A stretch of 64,000 nucleotides of DNA from an uncultured Candidatus Saccharibacteria bacterium (GCA_964589975.1 CAZPVH010000005.1:3612-67611); one strand, 5' to 3'. Shown: positions 8,694-17,002, counted from the first letter of the stretch. Numbers and translations: made by a program. The notes: a model not told the origin generated them from the letters alone.

Positions 8694-8757
8694 CCACATT
8701 TGAAAATTCGAATGTCTTCAAATACTCAAATGTAGGGAGAAGGCTTTGCCTTCTCCC
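8694..8757 (-). promoter_or_regulatory. E1 module copy C (diverged), immediately downstream of rsr
   Basis: CCACATTTGAAAATTCGAATGTCTTCAAATACTCAAATGTAGG plus the hairpin GGGAGAAGGCTTTGCCTTCTCCC. Followed on the minus strand by a 39-codon ORF (8557..8676). Confidence 0.45.
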
Positions 8758-8833
8758 ACAGATCTACCCCGGAGCCCCCGCCCCTCGATCTGTTTATTAC
8801 ACACCTATGGGCATAGGTGGCGAACGCCCGAGC

Positions 8834-10441
8834 TCACTTGCAGAAGTCTGCGATGAGGCTCGGCACGTTGGAGTCAAACCCAACCAGGTCGAGCATGCCA
8901 GCGTCACTAGGGTCTGCAATACTGAAGTCCGTGGACATCGTAGAGCAGACAACCAGCTTCGCGGGAATGCCCATCTCCTGTCGGTACCGCTTGAGCGCCT
9001 GAGACGGGTGGATTTCTCCAGCCCACGTCTCGTTATCCGTCCAGATCTGAAAAACGTCGACCGGAGTCTTCGCCCTCAGAGCATGGAGGATCGGCAGCGA
9101 GCAGTCGGTACCACCGAAATTGAGACCGTTCACCGCATGCATGTTGTCATCGAGCCTCTTGCGAGGTGAGACGTTCATGTCCTGCAGGCCGGTTCCACTT
9201 CTCCATCCGCGGTCAGCGGAAGTAAAAGCTTTCAGGTGATAGTTGCTTTCGGTCTTCATGACCGCCATGATCATAGCCATTGAGGCCTGCATAGCATTCA
9301 TGAATGGCATCCCAGCAACAGGGCTGTCCCACATCGAGCCGGACACATCCAGTCCGACGAAGATCCTCTTCCCGGTCGCTTCCAGATTCCCGAAGGAACC
9401 GTAGAAAGCGGCGTCAAGAATATCGATCACTCGCTGGACCGGCTTCCAGGTCAATGAGCCGCGCGCGCTCTTCCCGCTTGCGTACGTCACCAGTGCGGCG
9501 AGTACGTTCACAGGGTGGATCCTGGCCTTTTTCAAAGCGACAGGATCCGCGAGCTTCTGCTCGACGACTTTGAGCGCTCCGCTCATCGGCACAATGAGGC
9601 CGTTAGCCGTCATGCGCGCCAAGTTACGAAGCACCGCGGTCATCGGCATACCGGGCAAGAGGGCTTCCCATACCTTCGGGTCGCCGAGGAGCTCGGTTGG
9701 AACGAGCTCCCAGGTTACGCCTTGGTAGTCACCGATGATCTTCACCGCTTCCGCTGCCGTGGTGGCCGCTTGAAGCTTGGTGAAGGCCTCGATGATTTTC
9801 GGGACGCCATCCCCCATCTTTTCCTGAGCCACCCAACGGAACAAGTCCTGGTGCGCTTCGGAAGACGAGTGACTCTTGCGGAGCAGGTCGCGAAGCGACC
9901 AGCCCGAGCGTTGACGATATTTGACAGCTTGGTATGCCAGCTTCTCAGCCGACATGCTCGTCAAATATCCTGCCCAGCCGTTACGGTACTGACGGCTCCA
10001 CGTTCTGCCGAGCTGTTTCGCATTTTCAGCGAAAGCATAGGCGAACGAAAGAGTCCGGAGGACCGCAGGCATGGCCATAAGCGCATACTTCCTGGTTGCC
10101 TCATCGGCAAACTTCGGAGATGCAGCCATGGCGAGGACGAACAGAGCAGGGTCTTGCTTTGCAGCGCGACCCTCCGTCGAAAGTTCGACGACCGTGTCAA
10201 CGACACGCTTTCCGTTCATCTTCAAGCAACGCTGCACGGCTTCGGCATTATCAGTCGTGAGCTCGCGCCCGCCGACGTAGTAGCTGCCGCCGTCGCTACC
10301 AAGGATAATGAACCGCTCAAGGCGCTTCCAATCATCTACCGGGTAAGCGAAACCCCCGGCATTGTTCATCACCATGTTCGATCCTGGAATCGGAGCGTCT
10401 TGTGACGTCCTTTCCGTAGAAAAGTGCTGGGTGTATCTCAT
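8834..10441 (-). CDS. rsr: Ro60-like RNA-binding protein Rsr (TROVE domain with C-terminal vWA/MIDAS domain)
   Basis: N-terminal NNAGGFAYPVDDWKRLERFIILGSDGGSYY matches the conserved TROVE N-terminus of Ro60/Rsr. C-terminal LDVSGSM (a DxSxS MIDAS motif) with downstream T and D residues. GC-rich relative to neighbours. Its 5' leader is the same CA-rich leader used by the adjacent small genes. Confidence 0.8.
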   Translation of the reverse strand: MRYTQHFSTERTSQDAPIPGSNMVMNNAGGFAYPVDDWKRLERFIILGSDGGSYYVGGRELTTDNAEAVQRCLKMNGKRVVDTVVELSTEGRAAKQDPALFVLAMAASPKFADEATRKYALMAMPAVLRTLSFAYAFAENAKQLGRTWSRQYRNGWAGYLTSMSAEKLAYQAVKYRQRSGWSLRDLLRKSHSSSEAHQDLFRWVAQEKMGDGVPKIIEAFTKLQAATTAAEAVKIIGDYQGVTWELVPTELLGDPKVWEALLPGMPMTAVLRNLARMTANGLIVPMSGALKVVEQKLADPVALKKARIHPVNVLAALVTYASGKSARGSLTWKPVQRVIDILDAAFYGSFGNLEATGKRIFVGLDVSGSMWDSPVAGMPFMNAMQASMAMIMAVMKTESNYHLKAFTSADRGWRSGTGLQDMNVSPRKRLDDNMHAVNGLNFGGTDCSLPILHALRAKTPVDVFQIWTDNETWAGEIHPSQALKRYRQEMGIPAKLVVCSTMSTDFSIADPSDAGMLDLVGFDSNVPSLIADFCK

Positions 10442-11021
10442 GACGAGGGTTTTTGGTTAGGTTTGTTTTTTGAAAGACCGGAGAGACCAGAAGCGGATAA
10501 GGTGTGAAGAAAGGGTTAAAGATGGCGGCCAAAGCTCGCCATCCAGGTCAAATATTTGGGTAACCTTCCTTCTTCGACCCGCTTCTGGTCTCAATTATCA
10601 ATGCTCGAAACATGCTTTCGAGCGGATTTTGAGAGAAATATTAGTGATTTCTTCCAAAATCCGCCCAAGAGCCAACTGTATACTAATCAATCGAAGCCAT
10701 ATAAATATATTTTGCTTGATCCAGATCAGTTTTGTTGCTGTTGTTTTGAGACTGTTCTAAATGTTTCTGGGTAAAGCTTAGCAGATTCGAAATGATTTGT
10801 CAAGTATTTTTGTCGAGAATTCTATTTTTTGTCAGAATAGCCTTATTTTACAACATATTTTTGTTTATGTAAAAAAACAAAAATTGACTATTTTTATTTA
10901 TTCTTGAAAATATTTTTGCAAATAAAATAATTATTTTTCTAATACGTCAAAGATTGTTTTTGAATGAAAACTTATAAAATCTTGCAGTGAAATACTTTTT
11001 TGGAACTAATTTAAATATAGT

Positions 11022-11440
11022 TGACAAAAAATGACATGTCTGATATACTCCCCCCAGATGTGATTCATAGCTCAAGCGTTCATGGGAAGCGGGTTATCTG
11101 CATAGACAAAGAGAAATCTACGCAGAAATGATGGGTATCCAGACAATTACGATGACTGGAACCCAGATGTGAACAGTCACAGAACCGTCCCACACCTAAC
11201 CTCACGGCCATGAACGACTAGGGAGCACCCGTCCTGCATCCGCCAGCCCACCCTTTGTGGGCGGCGGATGCGGAAGGGTCACCTCGAGCAATCAATTCGC
11301 AGTAAGCACATGCACGACTAGAACAGAAGACATGGAAAACCTCATTGGAAATGGTCAGGATCACTACCCCTGACCACGCACCACAGTCATGAATGACTGA
11401 AGAGAACAAGAGCCCGCAACGGATGTTGCGGGCTCTCTTT
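11022..11440 (+). ncRNA. Candidate structured non-coding RNA (about 390 nt) with its own sigma70-like promoter and intrinsic terminator; class unknown
   Basis: TTGACA (11022-11027), 17 bp, TATACT. No ORF over 25 codons on the plus strand. Strong internal hairpins (11236-11275, 11364-11387). Ends in a GC hairpin plus T-run at 11404-11440. The motif CATGMAYGACTRG occurs three times. Confidence 0.5.
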
Positions 11441-11445
11441 TTTAT

Positions 11446-12192
11446 TTATTTGGATCCGCCAAAGGCGAGCTTGAACAAACTTCGGAGCGTTTCAGCCACA
11501 TCAGCGCTTTTTATAAAAATCGTACCAGCATGCTTGCCGAATATGTGAATCCTAACGCTTTCATTGTATATTCCAATTTCCGCTTTTATAGGATATTTTT
11601 CAGGATCTATCCTCTTTCTGTCCATTGTTATATCGGATGTATACTCGCCTTTGGAATATGAGTAGATTGAAACTATTTTTACGTTTTTTTCAATTCTTTT
11701 TTTCTTTACAGGCTCAAGCTCTTTTGGAGTAAAACTCTTCTCCACTTCATCGCGCGGATAAATCACATACATGAGACCGCCTTCTCCTCCGTCAAACATA
11801 TTTCTTGCCGATCGCAGAATCTCTTCCTGACCAGTGTAGTATTCGACGATGGGCCTCTCGCCAAGTCCTCTTGCCACTGCTTTGAATTTCGGGACCATAT
11901 CTTTTACGATCTTCGACTGTTCTGAAAGTTTTATCTTCTGCTCCTCTATATAGCTCTCTATTCTCTCCGGCGGGAGAGCGTGGATGTAAGTTTTTTCATT
12001 TTTCGTTATCTCCTCTACCAAACCTTTTTCAGTAAGAGAATCTATGACTGGATAAATAGTTGTTCTGTTAATTTTAGTTTTTTTGGAAATTTCTGCCACA
12101 TTTGGCTCATCCACCGTCAGCAAGAACATATAGACCTTTGCTTCTTTATCTGACAAACCAACCTCGACGAGAAATTTTTCTAGGTTTTCCAT
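11446..12192 (-). CDS. TrmB-family HTH transcriptional regulator, paralog 2 of 4
   Basis: N-terminus SDKEAKVYMFLLTVDEPNVAEISKKTKINRTTIYPVIDSLTEKGLV. Confidence 0.7.
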   Translation of the reverse strand: MENLEKFLVEVGLSDKEAKVYMFLLTVDEPNVAEISKKTKINRTTIYPVIDSLTEKGLVEEITKNEKTYIHALPPERIESYIEEQKIKLSEQSKIVKDMVPKFKAVARGLGERPIVEYYTGQEEILRSARNMFDGGEGGLMYVIYPRDEVEKSFTPKELEPVKKKRIEKNVKIVSIYSYSKGEYTSDITMDRKRIDPEKYPIKAEIGIYNESVRIHIFGKHAGTIFIKSADVAETLRSLFKLAFGGSK

Positions 12193-12240
12193 GGAGACAT
12201 TTTACTTCAAAAAGAAGATTCGAGGAAGTATAATTAATCC

Positions 12241-12642
12241 ATGCAAAAGGAGACTACCCATAAATCAGAAAAAGAAGCTTTCAACATTGTGAAGCGCGCA
12301 AAAAGCTTCGGACATGCAACACGCGGGATCGCTGTTTTCATAAAGACGACGCATAATGCCTGGATTCACCTATTAATCGCGTGCGCCACTATCATCCTTG
12401 GAATACTATTCGACATTACTACGACTGAATGGCTTTTCCTTGTTTTTGCCATCGGCTTCGTTATGGTCGCCGAATGTTTCAATACTGCTTTTGAGTTCGA
12501 CATAGACCTGACTTCCCCGGAATATCATCCGTATGCGAAATACACGAAAGACGTCGCGGCCGGCGCTGTCCTAATCTCCGCCATCACGGCAAGCGCTATT
12601 GGTCTCATCATATTCCTCCCCAAAATTTTCTTTGCCTCATAA
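12241..12642 (+). CDS. dgkA: Diacylglycerol kinase / undecaprenol kinase family membrane protein
   Basis: 133 aa with three predicted TM helices. The motifs ...VAECFNTAFE... and an N-terminal amphipathic helix are typical of the prokaryotic DAGK fold. Confidence 0.65.
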   Translation: MQKETTHKSEKEAFNIVKRAKSFGHATRGIAVFIKTTHNAWIHLLIACATIILGILFDITTTEWLFLVFAIGFVMVAECFNTAFEFDIDLTSPEYHPYAKYTKDVAAGAVLISAITASAIGLIIFLPKIFFAS

Positions 12643-12653
12643 GGTTTTTCTAA

Positions 12654-12880
12654 TTTGACTTTTTATCTTAAACATGCTATTATATAGACATGGAAGCAGT
12701 TCTTTCTTACCTCCCGCACGTTGCGTGCACCATGATGATCGGCTATGCCCTGTGCACAGCCTTCGACTACTGGGGCCCCAAGCCCCAGGAAGATGCGCAA
12801 CCCTGACGGAACTGTCCATAACCAAAACCTGCGGACTTCGGTCCCGAGAGAGGCCTGCACATGCGGGCCTTTTTCCTTTT
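12654..12880 (+). ncRNA. Candidate small non-coding RNA (about 200 nt), GC-rich, promoter-to-terminator unit; class unknown
   Basis: TTGACT-17-TATTAT promoter at 12654-12688. GC-rich body with hairpins (for example GCACGTTGCGTGC and CGGACTTCGGTCCCG). Intrinsic terminator GGCCTGCACATGCGGGCC plus T-run at about 12846-12878. Overlapping ORFs on both strands are not protein-like. A separate TTGACA-16-TAGTAT promoter for the next gene follows. Confidence 0.4.
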
Positions 12881-12939
12881 ATTGACAAAGTATAATTCGT
12901 ATGTAGTATTCAGAATAAATCTCCTTTCAAAACTGCAGC

Positions 12940-14019
12940 ATGACTACCGGCAAACCTCCTCCGACCAGAATTCAGATCTTCATAGATGGACGAAACTTTT
13001 ATCATGTAAGCCGACACTACCGCTTCGATCACCCTGTTGGAAGTTTCATCAATCTCCGCGGACTTCAGGGATTCATACGCAAAAAGGTCGCAGAATTTCT
13101 AGGCATGGAACTTGAAGCTGCAACGATCACCAGGTGCCACCTGTTCATGGGAACAGACAGAGATAAAAAGGATGCCTTGCACGAGATCCTTCGAAACCGT
13201 GGCGTTCGACTTCACTGGCACGCTCTCGTAAAAAGAGAAGACGGACAAAAGAAAGAACTTGGTGTCGATGTTGGCTTGGCGACATCCGCACTGTCCGCTG
13301 CCTATGAAGACAAGATGGATGTGATGGTACTGCTCGGCGCAGACGGCGACTTCTACCCCGCAATCGCCCAAGTCCAGCATCTAAAGAAAAAAGTGGTGCT
13401 CGCATTCTGGGATATTCTGCCTTCTCCGAACAACAAGCTCTCGAAGCGCATAACCACAAGCAATTCATTGATACGGATGGCGGATTTCATCATCAATATG
13501 CGCGTGGAGATGAACGCGATGCTGGAAGGGCAAACCGAGGAAGCAAAATTTATCTTCGGGACCAAAGGCGAAAACTTCACCCCGACGGAAAATCAAGTCT
13601 ATCAAGACGTCTCTCCGGTCACTCCGCCAGAGACAACCCAACCACGTCCGCAAAAACCTCCGATCACTCCAGCTCCAACAGTGCACAAGGCTCCCGAGCA
13701 GCCACGTGCGCCCAAGGTAGCTGACAAGAAGCCCGTTCCAACACTGAACCCAAAACAACACGAAAGACGGAAACGAAGAGAGTCTCCGAAGTTCGATACC
13801 ACCAAACAGCGCGGCAGAATCACTCAGAAGAATAACAATGTCGGCTACATTCTCCCGCTTGAAGGAAAAGAACTGATCCCTTTCCTCAAGTATGATCTGA
13901 AACTTACCAACACCGACTTTGACGCTCTCTCTGCCGGATCTTTGGTGGAGTACACAGTTGCCAAGGGGGCCCGAGCCGGCAAGGATCTGGCCACCAACAT
14001 CTGCATCGTACATGAATAA
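12940..14019 (+). CDS. NYN-domain (LabA/PIN-like) ribonuclease fused to a C-terminal cold-shock-like domain, paralog 1
   Basis: IFIDGRNFYH ... GVDVGLATSA ... DVMVLLGADGDFYPAI is characteristic of NYN/LabA. The C-terminus GRITQKNNNVGYILP...FLKYD...GSLVEYTVAKGARAGKDLATNI resembles a CSD/S1 fold. A Pro-rich linker sits between the domains. Confidence 0.65.
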   Translation: MTTGKPPPTRIQIFIDGRNFYHVSRHYRFDHPVGSFINLRGLQGFIRKKVAEFLGMELEAATITRCHLFMGTDRDKKDALHEILRNRGVRLHWHALVKREDGQKKELGVDVGLATSALSAAYEDKMDVMVLLGADGDFYPAIAQVQHLKKKVVLAFWDILPSPNNKLSKRITTSNSLIRMADFIINMRVEMNAMLEGQTEEAKFIFGTKGENFTPTENQVYQDVSPVTPPETTQPRPQKPPITPAPTVHKAPEQPRAPKVADKKPVPTLNPKQHERRKRRESPKFDTTKQRGRITQKNNNVGYILPLEGKELIPFLKYDLKLTNTDFDALSAGSLVEYTVAKGARAGKDLATNICIVHE

Positions 14020-14103
14020 GAAGCGCCGCCCACCCGGGCGGCGCTTTTTGACAAACAACATTTTATAAGTACTATATGTCACAGACAAAACACGTAAAGC
14101 ACC

Positions 14104-14973
14104 ATGAAAACAGACAGCCCTTTGCGCGCAGGGGTGTTTATTGACGGTACATATTTTGGCATCGTAAATAAGCACTACCAAGACCTTCCGGGATTACAAA
14201 AACCAATAGATCATGCCGGGCTACTCTCGTTCCTCCAACGACAAACAGCAGAATTACTCAGTGTCACAAGAGATGGCCTGACTATCACCCGGCGTCACAT
14301 GTATCTTGGGCTCCCTTTAGGAGCAAGCATCTCCAACATGCGATGGCAACAAGAAGCAATGCTCAAAGTCGACATTGATCTCCAGCACTTCCCCATAAAG
14401 AATAACGGCGGAGGAATAGCAAAAGAACAAGGCGTCGATGTGGCATTAGCCTGGGACGCCGGCTACGAGTCTTCGAAACTCGACGTCTACATACTCATCA
14501 CCGGTGATGGGGATTTCATTCCCCTAGTCGATAAGCTGCAGAGTATTGGGAAAAAGGTAATCCTGGCATACTGGCATGTCGGCTCCGAACCGGGCAAAAC
14601 CTCTCGTACCAATACCGACCTCATCAGATCCGCAACACACTCTGTCAACATGAGACAAAAGATAGAGGTTGGCCTAGCGAGCGGAGACAAGCATATCTGT
14701 AAAATCTTCGGCCCCAATCATCAAATACCCGAAGCAAAACCGAAAAAGAATGGCGCACTCGAAATATTCGAAGGAGTCATTCTCTCTCAAACGACAACGG
14801 GGGGCCGCATCAGAAAGATTCCGATCGGAAACAAGAAGAGAACATTGGTATTTTTCAAGGAAGAGGTGGAGGGCGCGCCGTTCAAACACTTTGAACCAGA
14901 TCGCAAGGTTCAATTTTCCATTGTTTACGAAAACAACATGAAACGAGCTATCCACGTAAAGCTCATCGCATAG
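14104..14973 (+). CDS. NYN-domain ribonuclease fused to a C-terminal cold-shock-like domain, paralog 2
   Basis: VFIDGTYFGIV ... GVDVALAWDAGYE ... DVYILITGDGDFIPLV. C-terminus EGVILSQTTTGGRIRKIP...FFKEE...QFSIVYENNMKRAIHV. Same architecture as the upstream gene. Confidence 0.65.
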   Translation: MKTDSPLRAGVFIDGTYFGIVNKHYQDLPGLQKPIDHAGLLSFLQRQTAELLSVTRDGLTITRRHMYLGLPLGASISNMRWQQEAMLKVDIDLQHFPIKNNGGGIAKEQGVDVALAWDAGYESSKLDVYILITGDGDFIPLVDKLQSIGKKVILAYWHVGSEPGKTSRTNTDLIRSATHSVNMRQKIEVGLASGDKHICKIFGPNHQIPEAKPKKNGALEIFEGVILSQTTTGGRIRKIPIGNKKRTLVFFKEEVEGAPFKHFEPDRKVQFSIVYENNMKRAIHVKLIA

Positions 14974-15011
14974 CACAACCGAAACGCCAGCTTCTTAGGA
15001 AGCTGGCGTTT

Positions 15012-16526
15012 TTATTTCACTTTATATTCGTCCCGGATTTTTTTTATTTCTTCTCCTTCGGCATCGTCCTTTGCGCTCTTCCCCGCCTCGCCGAGCTTCC
15101 GGAGGTGCTCATCTGTCATTTCCAGTAATTGCTTGGCGCGAGTCTGTAGGTATTCTTCGGTATTTTTATTCGGATCGTCTAAGACTTCTTCTAGGAGTGC
15201 ATGAAGCGTCCAGCTGAAGCGCGGCCCCGGTTTCTCCCCCATCTCTTTCAGCTTATTGCCATCAATCTTGAGCATCCCGACGTTGATCGGATCACGCATC
15301 ACTTCTTCAATCATGGACTCAAATTTCCTGAGGCGATACGGCTCCTCCTTCGGGCGGCCCATCCCAATCCTGTCGCAGATCCTGAGGTCTATGAGGTCCC
15401 AAACGTTCTCGGCGCCAACTTTCGCGACCAATCTCCGCACGGCCGAAAGCGTGATCTGATCCGTGTCAGAGAAAAACATGTGATACCGAACGAGTCGATA
15501 AATTTTTTCCGTGAAGTCGCTCCCCATTTTAAGCCTCTCGCAAATTTTCCGCGCGAGCTTTCCGCCCACCACGTCGTGGCCATAAAACGTGTAATCATTT
15601 TTTTCTTTGGACCATTCTCTGGTATGAGGTTTCGCGATATCGTGCAGAAGTCCCGCAAGCCGGATATGGAGCGGCCAGTCTTTATCCGCCGCGTGTTGCA
15701 TAGTGCGGAGATTGTGTTCCCAGACATCATAAATGTGTTCCCCGTTTTGTTCGACACCAATGCCGATTTCGAGCTCGGGAATAATATATTTCAAGATTCC
15801 AAGTTTCTGCGCCATCGAAATACCGACAATTGGTTCCGGCGCCATGAGCATTTTGAGAAACTCATCGCGAATACGTTCGGCGGAAATATTTTTGAGGAGA
15901 TCAACATGCTTTGCCATAGCCATCATCGTTTCGGCCTCTATCACAAATCCGTGCTGCGTTGAAAATCTAACAGCGCGTAAAATTCGGAGCGCATCTTCCT
16001 GAAAACGCTCCTCAGCATTTCCGACTGCCTTGATCATCTTATCTTTGATTGCCTCCCTACCATCGTACAGGTCAACAAGCTCTCCGCTCGCTGGATCATA
16101 GGCAATGGCGTTCATGGTGAAGTCGCGACGTTTTAGATCGTCGCTTAAAACTTTTGAAAATTTTACTTCGTCCGGATGTCTGTTGTCCGAATAAGCAGAC
16201 TCAAGCCGGTAAGGAGTAACCTCGATAACTTTTAAGGCTTCATCCTCTGTAATCTTATTCTCTACCCCAACTGTACCGAATTTGTTTTCATAAAAAGTAT
16301 CAGGAAAAATACTCTGGATTTCTTCCGGCGTCGCATTAGTGGTTACATCCCAATCTTTCGGGGTTTTGCCGGTTAAAAGATCACGAACACAACCGCCCAC
16401 AATGTAGGCCTCGAAACCGGCCTTTTGAAGACTGTCAGTTACAAGCCGAACTTCGGCTGGAATATTAAAATTTTCCTTTCCATTCATAGTATAGATTTTA
16501 GCAGATGAGACTTCCCTGTTGTGCAC
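15012..16526 (-). CDS. cca: CCA-adding tRNA nucleotidyltransferase with HD domain (true start may be the internal MNGKENFN at about 16487)
   Basis: YIVGGCVRDLLTGKTPKDWDVTT (Pol-beta-like nucleotidyltransferase head) followed by an HD phosphohydrolase region (HDIAKP). Bidirectional terminator at 14976-15011. Confidence 0.8.
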   Translation of the reverse strand: MHNREVSSAKIYTMNGKENFNIPAEVRLVTDSLQKAGFEAYIVGGCVRDLLTGKTPKDWDVTTNATPEEIQSIFPDTFYENKFGTVGVENKITEDEALKVIEVTPYRLESAYSDNRHPDEVKFSKVLSDDLKRRDFTMNAIAYDPASGELVDLYDGREAIKDKMIKAVGNAEERFQEDALRILRAVRFSTQHGFVIEAETMMAMAKHVDLLKNISAERIRDEFLKMLMAPEPIVGISMAQKLGILKYIIPELEIGIGVEQNGEHIYDVWEHNLRTMQHAADKDWPLHIRLAGLLHDIAKPHTREWSKEKNDYTFYGHDVVGGKLARKICERLKMGSDFTEKIYRLVRYHMFFSDTDQITLSAVRRLVAKVGAENVWDLIDLRICDRIGMGRPKEEPYRLRKFESMIEEVMRDPINVGMLKIDGNKLKEMGEKPGPRFSWTLHALLEEVLDDPNKNTEEYLQTRAKQLLEMTDEHLRKLGEAGKSAKDDAEGEEIKKIRDEYKVK

Positions 16527-16661
16527 CGCTAGGACTCTCGACTACCGTCGCGGGTACTTTTCCACCTCGCTACGCTCGTACGGAAAAGTCTTTCTCGTCC
16601 TGACGGAAGCAAAGCAGTTTGCTTCCTGCGGGTGCACAAAGTTTCGCTCCGCTCTACTTTG

Positions 16662-16733
16662 TGCACCCGCCAGGACTCGAACCTGGAATAACGCGTCCGA
16701 AGCGCGTCGTGATATCCATTTCACCACGGGTGC
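16662..16733 (-). tRNA. tRNA-Arg (anticodon TCG)
   Basis: Manual fold. Acceptor GCACCCG/CGGGTGC, anticodon stem ACGCG/CGCGT with loop CTTCGGA, T-arm CCAGG-TTCGAGTC-CTGG, discriminator A. CCA is not encoded. Confidence 0.8.
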
Positions 16734-16931
16734 AGTCAATTTTTAAAAGCCTAACACTTTTCTATGCGGGTAAGGAGAATCGTCCACAACTCTCGCTGCG
16801 CGAGGTCGCCGGCCCCGCCTCATTCGTCGCCCGCCTGCGGCAGGCCGACATCATTCCGGCTTTCGATTCTCCACGCAGGGCAAGCAGTTGCCCTGCCCTA
16901 CCCGACACATAAAAAGCGAATTTGCTTTTCT

Positions 16932-17002
16932 GTGCGGGTAGGGAGAATCGAACTCCCGTCTCGTCCTTGGCAAGGACGTGTTCTACCACTAAACCATACC
17001 CG
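16932..17002 (-). tRNA. tRNA-Gly (anticodon GCC)
   Basis: Manual fold. Acceptor GCGGGTA/TACCCGC, anticodon stem CGTCC/GGACG with loop TTGCCAA, T-arm GGGAG-TTCGATT-CTCCC. Confidence 0.8.

Noticed and set aside
11050-11440. Possibility that the orphan transcript is RNase P RNA
   Set aside because: Only short local resemblances (GGGAAGCGGG and ACAGAACC-containing segments). The order and spacing are wrong, and no P4 complementarity was found. Kept as an unknown ncRNA instead.
13465-14181. 238-aa minus-strand ORF overlapping both NYN genes
   Set aside because: Antisense to two independently supported NYN-CSD genes and crosses their intergenic terminator and promoter.
15201-15962. 253-aa plus-strand ORF inside cca
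   Set aside because: Antisense to a well-supported CCA-adding enzyme gene. No independent signals.
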